Part shown: piece by piece, positions 40,181 to 50,473 of the stretch
Numbering within the stretch: the stretch's first letter is position 1
Layout of the letters: each line of letters begins with the position of its first letter
Assembly (NCBI GenBank): GCA_900544365.1
Contig: UQVF01000002.1
Location: 612 to 64,611 of the forward strand
DNA length: 64,000 nt
From: an uncultured Veillonella sp.
Lineage (GTDB): Bacteria; Bacillota; Negativicutes; Veillonellales; Veillonellaceae
Direction of reading: 5' to 3'
Position numbers and translations under genes: made by a program
Notes under the pieces: model-generated
The model's input: only the letters and a program-made list of their open reading frames with translations
What the model was told of the DNA's origin: nothing
Database searches by the model: none

Positions 40181-41764
40181 GTGGCCAATCCTAGAGGGCA
40201 TCCTGAGACCCTCAGAAGTACAAATACATTAGATAAGGAAACGCATCGCGCTATTTCTTCAAAGGGTGGCAAGGCATCGCAAGCCAAAAAACGGCAGATG
40301 AAAGCATGGAAAGAGCTCACCCAGGAGATTATGGCAATGCCACTGCAAAAGGGCAAAGTGAAGGAGAAAATAACTTCACTAGCCGAGGCAAAAGGGCAGA
40401 ATATAGATACTCAAACGGCGGTGTTGTTAGCCCAGGTTGTTAAGGCGACTAAAGGAGATACTAAAGCTGCTGAGTTCCTATATTCTCTATCGCATGAAGA
40501 GGTGGAGCAAATTACAGAGGCGCCTATTGTGGTACCAGATGATACGGACAAGATTATTCCGTTCTTTGATTCTGTAAGCGGTGACATCAAGCGCCACGGG
40601 CATACGCATTATTGGTTTAAAGGTGGTCGTGGTAGCACGAAATCATCCTTCATTAGCATGAAGATTCCACAACTAATCATTAGCAACCCAGATGTGAATG
40701 TAGTTATCTTGCGGAAGGTTGCGAACACTTTAAAGAACTCGGTATATGCGCAAATTGAGTGGGCCCTTGAACAATTGGAATTATTACAAGAGTTCGAGTT
40801 CAAGAAGTCGCCGCTTGAGATTATTTACAAGCGAACAGGACAGAAAATTCTGTTCTTGGGTGCTGATGACCGTTCTAAAATCAAATCACTCAAAATGCCA
40901 TTCGGTTATGTCGGATGTGTATGGTACGAAGAATTAGACCAATTTAGTGGAATGGATGAAATACGTTCCATCAATCAGTCGCTACTCCGTGGTGGCGATA
41001 AATATTGGTGCTTTTATTCCTTCAACCCGCCAAAGAGCCGTGATAATTGGGTGAATGTGGAGCAATTGACGGATTACCCCGACAGGCTCATTAGTCATAG
41101 TAATTACACGATGGTTCCAAGCGATTGGCTAGGCGATCAATTCATAATTGAGGCTGAAAAGCTGAAAGAGCAAAGACCAGACCTATACGAACATGAGTAT
41201 ATGGGAATTGCCACAGGCACAGGCGGTGACGTATTCGCCAATGTTGAGGAGATGACTATAACCGATGAAATGATAGATAACTTTGACAATAACTATCACG
41301 GAATCGACTTTGGTTTTGCGCAAGACCCGTTTGTATATACGAAGCTGCACTATGACATCAAGCATGATTGCATTTATATTTACGATGAAGTATACAGTAC
41401 ACGGCTCAAAAACTCGATGGCGTACGAGAAAATCAAGAACAAAGTAGGCACGAGTGCAGTATGGGCTGACTGCGCTGAACCAAAATCCATAGCAGAGCTT
41501 GCTGATATGGGCTTGCGTATCTATGGCGTGAAAAAGGGCCCAGATAGTCGTGAATTTAGTATCAAGTGGCTATCGGATCGTTACAAGATTTACATTGACA
41601 AAAACAGATGTCCGAACGCATACCGCGAATTTACGATGTACGAATACGACCAGGATAAGCACGGCAATTTCATTAGTGCCTATCCTAAGCGTAACGATCA
41701 TACGATTGATTCAGTGCGGTATTCGTTACGTAGTGAGATGGATGCGAATAAATTCAGTTGGTAG
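40181..41764 (+). CDS. terL: PBSX-family terminase large subunit with TerS-like N-terminal extension
   Basis: KGGRGSTKS, WYEE, SFNPP, GIDFG, DHTIDSVRY. Confidence 0.93.
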   Translation: MANPRGHPETLRSTNTLDKETHRAISSKGGKASQAKKRQMKAWKELTQEIMAMPLQKGKVKEKITSLAEAKGQNIDTQTAVLLAQVVKATKGDTKAAEFLYSLSHEEVEQITEAPIVVPDDTDKIIPFFDSVSGDIKRHGHTHYWFKGGRGSTKSSFISMKIPQLIISNPDVNVVILRKVANTLKNSVYAQIEWALEQLELLQEFEFKKSPLEIIYKRTGQKILFLGADDRSKIKSLKMPFGYVGCVWYEELDQFSGMDEIRSINQSLLRGGDKYWCFYSFNPPKSRDNWVNVEQLTDYPDRLISHSNYTMVPSDWLGDQFIIEAEKLKEQRPDLYEHEYMGIATGTGGDVFANVEEMTITDEMIDNFDNNYHGIDFGFAQDPFVYTKLHYDIKHDCIYIYDEVYSTRLKNSMAYEKIKNKVGTSAVWADCAEPKSIAELADMGLRIYGVKKGPDSREFSIKWLSDRYKIYIDKNRCPNAYREFTMYEYDQDKHGNFISAYPKRNDHTIDSVRYSLRSEMDANKFSW

Positions 41765-41775
41765 GAGGTGATAAA

Positions 41776-43212
41776 GTGGACTTAGGACAATTATGGGATG
41801 CCATCATAAAAGGCAATGCAGGTATTAGCGACAAAGAGTTTGTGCGACGTGAATTACAGCGGTTTATGAACTCAAAAGAACGCAAGAATATCATGACTGG
41901 ACGCAAGTATTATGAAGGCATCCATGACATTATCAACAAAAAGCGAACGATGGCCATTGAGAATACGGCTATTGCCAATAGCGATAATAATGAGATTCCG
42001 TTAAATCTTCCTAATAATCAACTCGTGGATAACAAGTTTGATGACTTAGTAGACCAAAAAGTCAATTACCTATTTGGGAATCCATTAGAGGTGAAGACAG
42101 ATGATGCGGTACTGACTGAATTACTAGGAAAGCAGTTCCACAGGCAATTATTAAACGTGGCAAAAGACGCCTATATTGGCGGTAAAGGGTACTTACATCC
42201 TTATATTGCACCAACAGGGGAACTGTTATTTAAACGGATGAAACCTGAGAATGTCATACCGTATTGGCACGATGAAGAGCATAGTAAACTAGATGCATTT
42301 ATTTACTTTTATGATGTGGACCAGTACCATCAATTAGAAAAGACTCACACAGTTAAATACGTAGAATTCTACAAACCAGATGGTGTAAGCTATTACATTT
42401 ACAATAACGGTGGCTTAACAGTTAATACTGATAAGGAAACAACAAATTACATTCAATATCAAGGAAAGCTATACAATTGGCCTTCCGTGCCACTATTGGT
42501 ATTCAAGGCAAATTCTATCGAGCAACCACTAATTAATCGGGTAAAGAGTTTACAAGATGCATTAAACGAAATGTACTCGATGTTCCTTGATAGGTTGCAA
42601 GAAGACCCTAGGAAAACCTTGATTGTATTACGAAATTATGATGGTACAGACCTAGCAGAATTTAGACGCATGTTAGCTAAGTATGGAGCGGTGAAAGTCA
42701 GAGATGACGGTGGAATTGATACGCTAACCATTGAAGTTAACGCAGGTAACTATGATTTCATCACGCAAGCATTGAAACGGTCGATTATTGAAAATGGTCG
42801 AGGATTCGATGCCAAGGATGACCGTATGGCCAATAATCCTAATCAGATGAATATTTCATCTATGTACAGTGATATCGACCTCGATGCGAATCAAATTGAG
42901 GTGGAATTTCAAGCCACCTTAGAACAGCTAGTAGAGTTCTACCGAGCATACCGTAGCATAAGCAACGCCACAGCACCAAAGGATGTAGACTTCATCTTCA
43001 ATCGCATGACACCAGTCAATGAGGGCGAAGTAATCAACAACTGTAAATCGAGTATTGGCATTCTATCTAATGAAACGATCGTGGCTAACCATCCATGGAC
43101 GACTAACACGGCGGAAGAATTGGAGCGATTGCAACAAGAACGCTTGCAGATGATGCAAGAGATGGCTTTACAAGATTACATAGCAGGTGGCGGAGATGAA
43201 CCAACAGAGTAA
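41776..43212 (+). CDS. SPP1-type portal protein
   Basis: YYEGIHDI, LVDQKVNYLFGNP, LSNETIVANHPW; follows terL. Confidence 0.9.
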   Translation: MDLGQLWDAIIKGNAGISDKEFVRRELQRFMNSKERKNIMTGRKYYEGIHDIINKKRTMAIENTAIANSDNNEIPLNLPNNQLVDNKFDDLVDQKVNYLFGNPLEVKTDDAVLTELLGKQFHRQLLNVAKDAYIGGKGYLHPYIAPTGELLFKRMKPENVIPYWHDEEHSKLDAFIYFYDVDQYHQLEKTHTVKYVEFYKPDGVSYYIYNNGGLTVNTDKETTNYIQYQGKLYNWPSVPLLVFKANSIEQPLINRVKSLQDALNEMYSMFLDRLQEDPRKTLIVLRNYDGTDLAEFRRMLAKYGAVKVRDDGGIDTLTIEVNAGNYDFITQALKRSIIENGRGFDAKDDRMANNPNQMNISSMYSDIDLDANQIEVEFQATLEQLVEFYRAYRSISNATAPKDVDFIFNRMTPVNEGEVINNCKSSIGILSNETIVANHPWTTNTAEELERLQQERLQMMQEMALQDYIAGGGDEPTE

Positions 43213-44242
43213 AGAATATTGGGCGAAGCGTTACGAATCATTAAAAGATGAAGCCATGCAAGGTGCTGAAATGACCGTTGATGAACTATCTATGAACATT
43301 GATAGAGCACTTAGACGGTTAACGGTTGAAATAGAAAATTGGTATAAGCGATATGCCACAGAAAACGGTATCACCCTAGAAGAAGCAAGAAGACAGCTCA
43401 ATAAAAGAGAGTTAGCTGACTTCAAGATGACACTTGAGGAATATATCGAGCAAGCCAAGCGAGAAGATTTATCAAAGGAGCACCAACGCATGCTTGAGAA
43501 TGCATCGATACGTGCTAGATTGGATAGAACACAAGCACTCTATATAAGCGTTGTACATGAGATTGAGCGCCTATTTAAGGCGGAAGATGACAGCCTAAGC
43601 CAATTGCTTAGGGAAACATACGAAACGACCACCTATAAGACGGCTCACCTTACGCAAACGGTACTAGGTGAATATAATATCGTACCTAAGGTATCTGACC
43701 ATGTTGTAGAGGTGGCAATAAAGAAACCATGGGCGCCAGACGGTAAAGATTTCAGCAGTCGTATATGGGATGACCGTACAAAGCTAGTTCAGACAATTCA
43801 AAATGATTTTGTTCAATCGGTGTTAGCAGGTGATGGCATGGCGAAGATGACGGAGAACCTTGCTACACGGATGAACGTTTCGCAATCGAACGCAAGACGA
43901 TTGGTAGAAACGGAAACGGCTAGAATTTACGAAGAGGCATTCACCAACAATATGAATGATATTGGGGTGGAGAAACTGGAGATACTAGCAACGTTAGACC
44001 GCAAGACCTCGAAGATATGCCAACGTATGGACGGGAAGATTGTACCGATTAAAGATGCTAAGCCAGGTGTAACAATTCCACCATTTCATTGCCATTGCAG
44101 AAGCACAACTATTCCATATTTCGATGATTTGGAAATCAAAGGGGAAACGAGGGCAAGCCGTGGCGAAGGTGGTAAAGGTAAGAGCGAGCAAGTAGACGGT
44201 GAATTGAAGTACGATGAATGGTACTCGAAATATGTGGAATGA
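43196..44242 (+). CDS. Minor capsid protein (MuF / SPP1 gp7 family)
   Basis: FSSRIW, ARRLVETE, ATLDRKTSKIC, PPFHCHCRST. Confidence 0.9.
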   Translation: MNQQSKEYWAKRYESLKDEAMQGAEMTVDELSMNIDRALRRLTVEIENWYKRYATENGITLEEARRQLNKRELADFKMTLEEYIEQAKREDLSKEHQRMLENASIRARLDRTQALYISVVHEIERLFKAEDDSLSQLLRETYETTTYKTAHLTQTVLGEYNIVPKVSDHVVEVAIKKPWAPDGKDFSSRIWDDRTKLVQTIQNDFVQSVLAGDGMAKMTENLATRMNVSQSNARRLVETETARIYEEAFTNNMNDIGVEKLEILATLDRKTSKICQRMDGKIVPIKDAKPGVTIPPFHCHCRSTTIPYFDDLEIKGETRASRGEGGKGKSEQVDGELKYDEWYSKYVE

Positions 44243-44476
44243 GGTGAGTTCAATGTGTGATTTCATCACGATTTTACAAATAATCCAAGTGCTATGCGTA
44301 ATATACCTTGGATTTGCACTGTATCACATTAATAAAAATCAAAAGTAACAGCACTCTAGGCATTGCCTAAGGGTGCTTTTATTATGCCATTTTGGTATTG
44401 TTGGGCGAAAACTAACAAGCTCACATAGAGTGGTGTTGCACTCGAAAATAAAGCGAAGTGGAAAGGAGTCATAACG

Positions 44477-45088
44477 ATGACAAAAGAAGAATTAAAGGCT
44501 TTAGGGCTCAATGAGGAGCAAATTGAAAAAGTAGTGGAAGATTACGGAAAGAACTACGTTCCAAAGAATCAATTTAATCAAAAAAATGAAGAACTAAAGC
44601 AAGCCAAGGAATCATTAACTACGATGCAATCTGACATAGAGGCATTGAAAAAAACTAATGCTGACAATGAAGAATTAGCCAAACAAATTGATGAAATGAA
44701 AGCCGCTCAAGTCAAACGAGATGAAGAGTACACGGCGCAAATTCACAAGATGGAGGTAGACGGCATTGTAGAACGTACACTAATGACTTTCAAGGCAAAA
44801 AACGGAAAAGCCGTGCGAGCGTTACTCGACTTAGAGGATGTAAAGCTCAAAGACGGCACTATTAAAGGATTAGATGACCAACTGATTAAGTTGAAGGAAT
44901 CTGATCCTTATTTATTTGAGTCCGAAAGTAAACCGACTGGAGTCACACCAGGTGAGCCACATGGTGGTCAAGGCTCCACAGGAATTACTCAAGAACAGTT
45001 CAACAAAATGGGTTATTTAGAACGAGCAAAACTCAAAGAAGATGACCCCAATACTTATTCAGCATTAACAAATGGAGGTAACGAATAA
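44477..45088 (+). CDS. Capsid scaffolding protein
   Basis: MTKEELKALGL, coiled coil, LKESDPYLF; precedes major capsid gene. Confidence 0.85.
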   Translation: MTKEELKALGLNEEQIEKVVEDYGKNYVPKNQFNQKNEELKQAKESLTTMQSDIEALKKTNADNEELAKQIDEMKAAQVKRDEEYTAQIHKMEVDGIVERTLMTFKAKNGKAVRALLDLEDVKLKDGTIKGLDDQLIKLKESDPYLFESESKPTGVTPGEPHGGQGSTGITQEQFNKMGYLERAKLKEDDPNTYSALTNGGNE

Positions 45089-45939
45089 TGCCACAAGGAA
45101 CAACAAAATTAACACAATTAATTAATCCAGAAGTTATGGCGGACATGATTTCCGCTAACTTACCTAAGGCGATTAAATTCGCAAACATTTTGGCGGTCGA
45201 CACGAAACTTGAAGGACAACCTGGTAACACTGTAACAGTACCATCCTTTAAATACATCGGTTCCGCAAAAGACGTAGAAGAGGGCGCAGCAATTGACCTT
45301 GCTCAATTAACAACATCCGTCGAAAAATTCACAATCAAAAAAGCTGGTATTGGGGTGAAAATCACGGATGAAGCAGTTTTATCTGGTTATGGAGACCCAA
45401 TTGGTGAAGCAGTTAAGCAATTAGGTATGTCTATTGCTGACAAAATCGAAGATGACGTAATCGAAACATTAAAATCAACAACATTAGCGGTAACATCCAC
45501 ATCTCAAATCTCTTATGAGGGTATTGTGAATGGTGTTGATAAGTTCGCAGAGGAATCCGACGTGCCAAAGGTATTGTTTATCCACCCAGAGCAATTGACA
45601 CAAATCCGCAAATCCGCTGATTTCATTGATAAAAACAAATACGGTGGTGACTTGATGATGACAGGGGCTATCGGTTCTATTTGTGGCGTTGAAGTCGTGG
45701 TATCTCGTCGAGTGCCAAAAGAGGGGGATAACTTCACTAACTTCATGGTGCAAATGGCACCTAACAGTGGTGAAGGCACGCCAACATTGCCAGCAGTATC
45801 CTTGTACTTAAAACGAAATGTACAAGTAGAATCTGATCGTGACATCGTTGGCAAGATGACAGTTATCACAGCGGACGAACACTACGGTGTAGCATTAACC
45901 AACCCAGCTCGTGTTTTAAAAATGACATTTAAAGCATAG
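45088..45939 (+). CDS. Major capsid protein
   Basis: LINPEVMADMI, LEGQPGNTVTVP, ITDEAVLSGYGDP, VESDRD. Confidence 0.9.
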   Translation: MPQGTTKLTQLINPEVMADMISANLPKAIKFANILAVDTKLEGQPGNTVTVPSFKYIGSAKDVEEGAAIDLAQLTTSVEKFTIKKAGIGVKITDEAVLSGYGDPIGEAVKQLGMSIADKIEDDVIETLKSTTLAVTSTSQISYEGIVNGVDKFAEESDVPKVLFIHPEQLTQIRKSADFIDKNKYGGDLMMTGAIGSICGVEVVVSRRVPKEGDNFTNFMVQMAPNSGEGTPTLPAVSLYLKRNVQVESDRDIVGKMTVITADEHYGVALTNPARVLKMTFKA

Positions 45940-45950
45940 GAGGTTTACTT

Positions 45951-46139
45951 ATGGGAATGTTGTTACAACAATATTTACATCCTGAAACGGAAGTTGACAC
46001 AGGAGCAGAAGAAGGCGCAAGCGCTGATGTGGAAACTGTAGAGGTAGAAGAAACCGAGGATACGCCAAAAGGCAAGAAGGCGGTGAAAGATGATGGAGAC
46101 ACAGGAGCAGAAGAAGAAGGCACAAGCGCTGATTCCTAA
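45951..46139 (+). CDS. Small acidic protein with internal DTGAEE duplication
   Basis: AGGAGG SD; MGMLL start. Confidence 0.55.
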   Translation: MGMLLQQYLHPETEVDTGAEEGASADVETVEVEETEDTPKGKKAVKDDGDTGAEEEGTSADS

Positions 46140-46491
46140 GGCGGTTGAATTCATTGAAGGTGCTACAGGATTTGTTGCCATCGAAACGCAGATACTTGAG
46201 TACGTCATTCAAAGTGAACTGGATAAGGCGCTAGCTGATATCAACCACACGGAACTACCGACAGAGCTAGAAACGTACATTGTACGTCGAGCTTGTGGCA
46301 TGTTCATTCATATGAACGCTAAGGAAATTTTAGGCAGTGATGGTGCGCAGGTTGCCAAATCCATTCGCATGGGTGACACGTCAATTGACCTAGGTGGCAC
46401 CACCGATGAAGACAGATTACGAGTACTTATTGAAGAGCTCACTCAAGAAGACAGGAGGTTACTAGCATGTTACCGACGAATCAGATGGTGA
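46090..46491 (+). CDS. Head-tail connector protein (start uncertain)
   Basis: ELPTELE, SIRMGDTSI; position after capsid gene. Confidence 0.7.
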   Translation: MMETQEQKKKAQALIPKAVEFIEGATGFVAIETQILEYVIQSELDKALADINHTELPTELETYIVRRACGMFIHMNAKEILGSDGAQVAKSIRMGDTSIDLGGTTDEDRLRVLIEELTQEDRRLLACYRRIRW

Positions 46492-46841
46492 GCACTTACC
46501 GTAAGCAATTAGAGCAAATGTACGATTGCTTGGTGACAGTATTAACCGAAGAGGAAACGGTCGATGAAGCGACTGGTATTACTAGTATCAACCGAACCGT
46601 AGAAGAGGGACCCTATCCGTGTAGGGTCTCTTTTAAATCCTCTACCACATCACAAGCTGATGGCATGCCAAAATTTGCTCAAAATACAACCTTATTCATG
46701 GCACCTGATGTGATTGTTCCTAAAGGTGCTCGCATGCACATTGTAGGCCGTCACAGAGAGTTTTATGCAAAGTCTAGTTCAATGCCTAACGTGTATGACA
46801 GCCACCAAGAAATTCAGTTAGAGAATTTGGAGGTGCGATGA
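46485..46841 (+). CDS. Head closure / head-tail adaptor
   Basis: PCRVSF, LFMAPDVIVPKG, YDSHQEIQL; position. Confidence 0.7.
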   Translation: MVSTYRKQLEQMYDCLVTVLTEEETVDEATGITSINRTVEEGPYPCRVSFKSSTTSQADGMPKFAQNTTLFMAPDVIVPKGARMHIVGRHREFYAKSSSMPNVYDSHQEIQLENLEVR

Positions 46842-47398
46842 TGGCAGAGTTAGATTTTGATTTCAGCGGAATTGAGACATTTCAACAAAACCTTGAGCGA
46901 ATGGCGGACCCAGCACAATTAGCTGGAGTGATGAGCTCCGTTGTAAAGCGAATGGGCGCCGTATATTTGCGTGAGGCGAAGAAGAAAACCCCAGTAGGAC
47001 CTCGTAGCATTCAAATGCTGGTAGGGCATGACCAAAGCGGAAACCCTATTTACCAAACACATAATTTTAATACGCAAAATATGCGCAAGAGTTGGTTTAT
47101 GGATGAACCGTTCCCTAAAGGTGGCAACTCTAACTCGACTATGTCAGTGAAGGTGTTCAACACATCTACTTATTCATCATATGTGGATGATGGACACCGC
47201 CAAAAGGTAGGGCAATTCTTGCCATTTATTGGCGCAGGGTGGCAAAGCGGTAAAGTACAAGGCGCACGATTAAAACAATCTTGGGTTGATGGACTGAATA
47301 TCACAACACATGCCAAGAATGTGGTTGAAAGCAACGCCAATAACATTATGAATAGTGGGTTTAACACGTGGCTAAGGAGTATGTTGCAAAATGATTGA
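46838..47398 (+). CDS. HK97 gp10-like neck protein
   Basis: AKKKTPVG, MRKSW, YSSYVDDGHR. Confidence 0.75.
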   Translation: MMAELDFDFSGIETFQQNLERMADPAQLAGVMSSVVKRMGAVYLREAKKKTPVGPRSIQMLVGHDQSGNPIYQTHNFNTQNMRKSWFMDEPFPKGGNSNSTMSVKVFNTSTYSSYVDDGHRQKVGQFLPFIGAGWQSGKVQGARLKQSWVDGLNITTHAKNVVESNANNIMNSGFNTWLRSMLQND

Positions 47399-47831
47399 TA
47401 CGTTAATAACCGAGGGTATCTCTAAGGCCTTATACGATGTATTCAAAGTGCCAGTGTATGTGGAGTGGAAAGAAAATAGGATGAAATTTCCTTGCTTTTT
47501 AATTGAGGTAACAACCTCTAATCACGATTTACACGTAGGCAAGCTGTATGATCGTAAACTCGATTACACCGTGAAATACTTCCTAAATGCGGAAAGTATT
47601 CCAGTGGATTACCGCAAGGACCTACTACAAATAGGCGAACAGCTTTACGACATATTGGAGTACGTGAAGGTAGGCGACCGTATCACACGTGGTGAGGATA
47701 TGAGTTACCGTGAAAGCGATGGAGTTTTGCACTTTAGCGTGACATACGAAATGCTACTTTACAAAGAAAGTAAACGAGTTCCAGCGATGGAACGATTACA
47801 AGTGAATGAAAGGAGTTCAAACAATGGATGA
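47391..47831 (+). CDS. Tail terminator-like protein
   Basis: PCFLI, DGVLHF; position before sheath. Confidence 0.7.
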   Translation: MIDTLITEGISKALYDVFKVPVYVEWKENRMKFPCFLIEVTTSNHDLHVGKLYDRKLDYTVKYFLNAESIPVDYRKDLLQIGEQLYDILEYVKVGDRITRGEDMSYRESDGVLHFSVTYEMLLYKESKRVPAMERLQVNERSSNNG

Positions 47832-48002
47832 ACGATTTGACGGTTACACGATCATTGCATCGGATAAATACAAACGATACAAGGATATTTTAGCCGTACT
47901 TTTAGATGACGATATGACATATACGCATGAAGAGATTGATGAGATTTTACAAAACGAGTTCAATCGTCCGATTGTGGAATATGAGAATTAGGAGGTGCAC
48001 AG

Positions 48003-49358
48003 ATGGCATTAGGTGGCGGAACGTTCTTGTTCCATAACAAGGTGTTGCCAGGGGCATACATCAATTTTATTAGCAAAACACGAGCATATGCAGAAGTGGC
48101 TGACCGTGGATACGGCGCGATGATGTTATCTCTTGATTGGGGACCAAGTGGCGAAGTATTCCGAGTGGATTCTGATACATTCCAAAAGAGTTGCCAAGAC
48201 TACTTTGGCTACGATTTTGGGCACCCTAAAATGAAAGGCTTACGTGACTTGTTCTTAGGCCTTAAAACAGGCTATTTCTACCGCTTAAATAGTGATGGTG
48301 AAAAAGCAAGCAATGACTATGGCAAGGCGAAATATGCAGGTATTCGTGGCAATGATCTCGGTGTATCTGTACAGGCCGACCCAGATGCAACGAGCGCATT
48401 TATTGTGACAACTTACATCACAACAAATGATGTGCGCAAGGTGGTGGATAAACAAACAGCCGTTGCTAAGGCATCTGATTTAGTTGATAACGCATACGTT
48501 GAATTTAAAAAGAATGCTAACTTAGTGGCTACTGCTTACACAGCTTTCACAGGCGGTACAAACGGTTCTGTTGTGACTAGTAAAAACTATCAAGACGGCC
48601 TTGAGTTCTTAGAGCCGTACTATTTTAATGTCTTAGGTTATGTAGGTTCTGATGAAACTATCAAGAATTTATTGATTGCTTTTACGACTCGATGCAGAAA
48701 CCAAACAGGGGCTAAATTTCAATTGGTCTTGCAAGGTAAGAAGGGCGTCAACAATGAGGGTGTAATTAGTATCCTTAATACTATTACCGACCAGGGCGAG
48801 GACCCATCTTCATTAGTCTACTGGACCGTAGGGCGTGAGGCTTCTTGCAACATCAACGAATCCTTATCGAACCGTAAATATGATGGTGAGTTTACTATCA
48901 ACACCAAATATAAGCAGTTCGAGCTTGAACAAGCTATCAAAGACGGCATGTTCATGTTCCACAACGTATCTGACCCAGTAGGCGGCAATGTGCAAGGTGA
49001 AGCACGTGTCTTGAAAGACATCAACACTTTCACAGAATTTACTAAACATAAGAATCAAAGTTTCGCATTAAACCAATGTATTCGAGTGTTGGATAATTGG
49101 GCGATTGATGCAGGTCGTACATTCAACAAAGGATATTTAGGCAAGGTTCAAAATGACGCAGATGGACGTCGTGCGTTGTGGGGCGACCTCGTTTACCTTG
49201 GCGAGCAATATCAACGAGTGAGAGCGATTCAAAACTTTGATGATAAAGACATTGAAATTCCAACACAAGGTGACAACAAAGAAGATGTCATTGTGAATAT
49301 GAACATCCAGCCTACGGTGGCTATGGAAAAACTTTACATGACAGTTATTGTTGAATAG
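48003..49358 (+). CDS. Tail sheath protein (XkdK-like)
   Basis: MALGGGTF...NKVLPGAYINF, DINTF, YLGKVQNDADGR, AMEKLYM. Confidence 0.92.
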   Translation: MALGGGTFLFHNKVLPGAYINFISKTRAYAEVADRGYGAMMLSLDWGPSGEVFRVDSDTFQKSCQDYFGYDFGHPKMKGLRDLFLGLKTGYFYRLNSDGEKASNDYGKAKYAGIRGNDLGVSVQADPDATSAFIVTTYITTNDVRKVVDKQTAVAKASDLVDNAYVEFKKNANLVATAYTAFTGGTNGSVVTSKNYQDGLEFLEPYYFNVLGYVGSDETIKNLLIAFTTRCRNQTGAKFQLVLQGKKGVNNEGVISILNTITDQGEDPSSLVYWTVGREASCNINESLSNRKYDGEFTINTKYKQFELEQAIKDGMFMFHNVSDPVGGNVQGEARVLKDINTFTEFTKHKNQSFALNQCIRVLDNWAIDAGRTFNKGYLGKVQNDADGRRALWGDLVYLGEQYQRVRAIQNFDDKDIEIPTQGDNKEDVIVNMNIQPTVAMEKLYMTVIVE

Positions 49359-49368
49359 GAGGTAACAG

Positions 49369-49866
49369 ATGGCAGAAGAAACTACTTTTAATTCCGTTGG
49401 CACAATGAATGCTAGTGATGTTATCAGCGCTAAATTGGCGACATGTTATGTTATTGCTAATAACAAACGCAAGTTATTGTTTCAAGCCAAAAATTTAAAG
49501 GCGGAAGTTAAAAAGAAAAAGGATCAAGTTGCTATTTTAGGGCGAATGTTGAAAGGGAATAAAACAACATCCTTAGAAGGCACGGGCAAACTTACGATTT
49601 ATAAGAATACATCCTTATTTGATGAAATGATTGAAAAGTTGATTAAAACGGGTGTAGATACGTACTTTGATATGCAAGTGACAAATCTTGACCCAACGTC
49701 AAATGCAGGGCCTCGTTCTGTTATTTTAGTTGGCTGTAACTTAGATGTTACACCAGTGGCTGATTTTGATGCGGACGGGAAATGGCTTGAAGACGAATTA
49801 GCATTTACATTTGAAAGTGTGCGATACGTTACGCACTTTAAAGAATTAGATGGAATGAACGCATAG
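49369..49866 (+). CDS. Tail tube protein (XkdM-like)
   Basis: GTGKLTIY, YFDMQVTNLDPTS, EDELAFTFE. Confidence 0.88.
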   Translation: MAEETTFNSVGTMNASDVISAKLATCYVIANNKRKLLFQAKNLKAEVKKKKDQVAILGRMLKGNKTTSLEGTGKLTIYKNTSLFDEMIEKLIKTGVDTYFDMQVTNLDPTSNAGPRSVILVGCNLDVTPVADFDADGKWLEDELAFTFESVRYVTHFKELDGMNA

Positions 49867-49875
49867 GAGGCACAC

Positions 49876-50307
49876 ATGGTTGAAACATTAAAAGGCTTTT
49901 TTAAGCAAAATGCAAAGATTGTAACAGAAGTAGAGTACGTTGCATCGAAACGATTTACAGATGATGAGGGTAAGCCTATCGTTTGGCGCATCCGTGTATT
50001 AACTAATAAGGAATTAGATAAGTTACGCGCTCGTTTTACTAAGAAAGTATACGAACCTGGCACACGTACCGCCGAAGAACGTATGGATTTGACAGCATTT
50101 ACAGATGAATTGCTAGTCCGCACGATTGTATTCCCAACATTAGATGATATGGAATTACAAAATTCTTGGGGAGTATCCAACGAGTTAGATTTGGTGAAAG
50201 CTATGCTTAATGGTGGTGAGTTAACAGATTTAACACGTGCCATCCAAGAGGCGCAAGGTTTTGAAACTGGTTTTGAAGATAAGGTAAAAGCCGTAAAAAA
50301 CTCCTAA
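49876..50307 (+). CDS. Tail assembly chaperone (XkdN-like); -1 frameshift extends it to 50474
   Basis: SKRFTDDEGKPI, FPTLDDMELQNSWGV; slippery A AAA AAC at 50295-50301. Confidence 0.85.
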   Translation: MVETLKGFFKQNAKIVTEVEYVASKRFTDDEGKPIVWRIRVLTNKELDKLRARFTKKVYEPGTRTAEERMDLTAFTDELLVRTIVFPTLDDMELQNSWGVSNELDLVKAMLNGGELTDLTRAIQEAQGFETGFEDKVKAVKNS

Positions 50308-50473
50308 GCGCCAATGACGGTGAGACGTACCTCGCCTATGTAGCATTCGTAAAATACAACATCCGTCCTTCCGAGTTCATTAATATGGACTTAGAGGAGC
50401 GGGCTTGTATTTACGCATTTATGCAACAACACGCAAAAGATGAGAGGAAGGCACAGAAAGGAGGCGGAATTTA

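Noticed and set aside
45996..46133. ~35-bp direct repeat after the capsid gene
   Set aside because: In-frame duplication of DTGAEE-G-SAD inside a low-complexity small protein
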